A stretch of 63,160 nt of DNA, the filler included, from Lenisia limosa (Eukaryota; Protista; Breviatea), in assembly GCA_001655205.1 (NCBI GenBank). It is 17 parts of 17 records of this genome, joined end to end, with 100 filler letters (N's around TTAATTAATTAA, not from the genome) between each part and the next. Parts side by side here need not be neighbours in the genome. Positions count along the whole stretch, not along the records: positions 61,905 to 63,160 come from LPNZ01009049.1; 16 more parts are not named here. One strand, given 5' to 3'. Shown piece by piece: positions 62,205-63,160 of this stretch. Both the position numbers and the translations under genes were made by a program. The stretch's first letter is position 1. Each line of letters starts with the position of its first letter. The notes under the pieces were generated by a model. The model was not told the DNA's origin. It did not search any database and saw only the letters and a list, made by a program, of their open reading frames with translations.

Positions 62205-63160
62205 TACAGTAATCTCTCGATCAGACATTGGAAGGGACGCCTTGAAATTGCAAATAGACTGTGAAGGCATAGGCGATCAGTGAGACGCGTTGGTGTCTGC
62301 GGCTGCGAATGGCATTGAAGGTTATGAACCATGTGGCTGTGAATGGCATTGAAGGTCATGAACCATGTGGCTGGAGAGAAGTTGCGTTGATCCTTGTCAA
62401 GCTGGACCTCCATCAGGTTGATGAAGTCTGGCATTGTTCGGGGAGCAATTTCAATGTGATCTATAGTATTAGAAAGGTGTGCATTAAAGATTTGGAAATG
62501 AAAAGCAAAGTGAACGTTATTGGAGATAGGCAGAGCCCTTCCAAACATTTGAGAGAAATGGAGGAGAGTGACTCTCTTAGAAGGTCGGGGTTCTTCTTGA
62601 GCTCATCAGTGTCAGGCAGCTCCATATCAGCCTATGAGATGAAGCGGCTGATTTGTTTCTCTGGACAGTAATATAATAAATGATTATCCTTACTCAGACG
62701 TTGGTGGACCCGGCGCTCCACAAAGACTCGCATGCGCTCCGTTAACGACTCCTTCTCGCGTCGTTTGACCCTAAGCTCGTTACAAATAATCTTAGCAGGT
62801 ATGGCGTTATTCAAACTTTTTTCTTCTGAAAAAAACAAAAAAAAAATCATTAAAGCCCAACTTCCAAGATTCTCTCCTCTTGAGTCAAAACTCCACGCAG
62901 CACTCCAGGGTAAGCTTGTCAAAGCCGAACAAACGCTATATAGTAAAGCGAAATGTGGAGTAAATAAAGACAGTTTACATAGATTACAAGATTGTACATA
63001 TAAGAGACACGAGAGCAGGTGTGTTGATGGGGTGATGTCAACGCGCTTCTTTTTAGGAGAAGTAGTCTCGTAGACAGTCACAATCTTGATACAGCTGTAT
63101 TTGGCCCAAGGGAGGGTGTCACGGTCAGCAAGGAAAAGTTCGACTTCAGCAGCAGTGAGT
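62205..63160 (-). CDS. Hypothetical multi-exon protein fragment
   Basis: Open, splice-site-bounded blocks: LTAAEVELFLADRDTLPWAKYS, VKRREKESLTERMRVFVERRVHQRL, ADMELPDTDELKKNPDLLRESLSSISLKCLEG and DHIEIAPRTMPDFINLMEVQLDKDQRNFSP. Joins are not all verified. Confidence 0.45.

Overview
This is not one continuous locus. It is a pseudo-scaffold of about 17 short contigs joined by N-padded TTAATTAATTAA linkers, and many contigs also have internal N gaps. One contig (3127-4373) is bacterial 23S rRNA, most likely a co-sequenced bacterium. The rest comes from an extremely intron-rich eukaryote, probably a flagellated protist because it carries an axonemal-type dynein heavy chain fragment. Exons are mostly 30-130 nt, so the ORF track is largely uninformative and I assembled genes by eye from splice sites and frame continuity. 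Gene fragments recognised: DDX18/HAS1 helicase, a CDC48-family AAA ATPase, an NT5DC-type 5'-nucleotidase, dynein heavy chain, TMED10/p24, an Aa_trans/SLC38 transporter, a cullin, a C2-domain protein, a WD40 protein, a LamG/ConA protein, a large coiled-coil protein, and a TM-HAMP class III cyclase with a guanylyl-type Glu. Introns are full of small repeats: hAT-type MITEs with 8-bp TSDs, Tc1/mariner-type TA MITEs, a TTAA (Kolobok-like) element, a CACTA-like element and an unclassified ~150-bp family. The best candidate for an undescribed system is a ~140-bp intron-shaped repeat (family C: GT...branch-like TTTAC/CTGAC...poly-C...AG). It lies in sense orientation and forms the 3' splice site of many introns in unrelated genes. 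It stacks head-to-tail on older intron ends, and in one case it directly abuts an upstream AG (AG|GT). All protein identifications are by-eye motif recognition; no searches were run.
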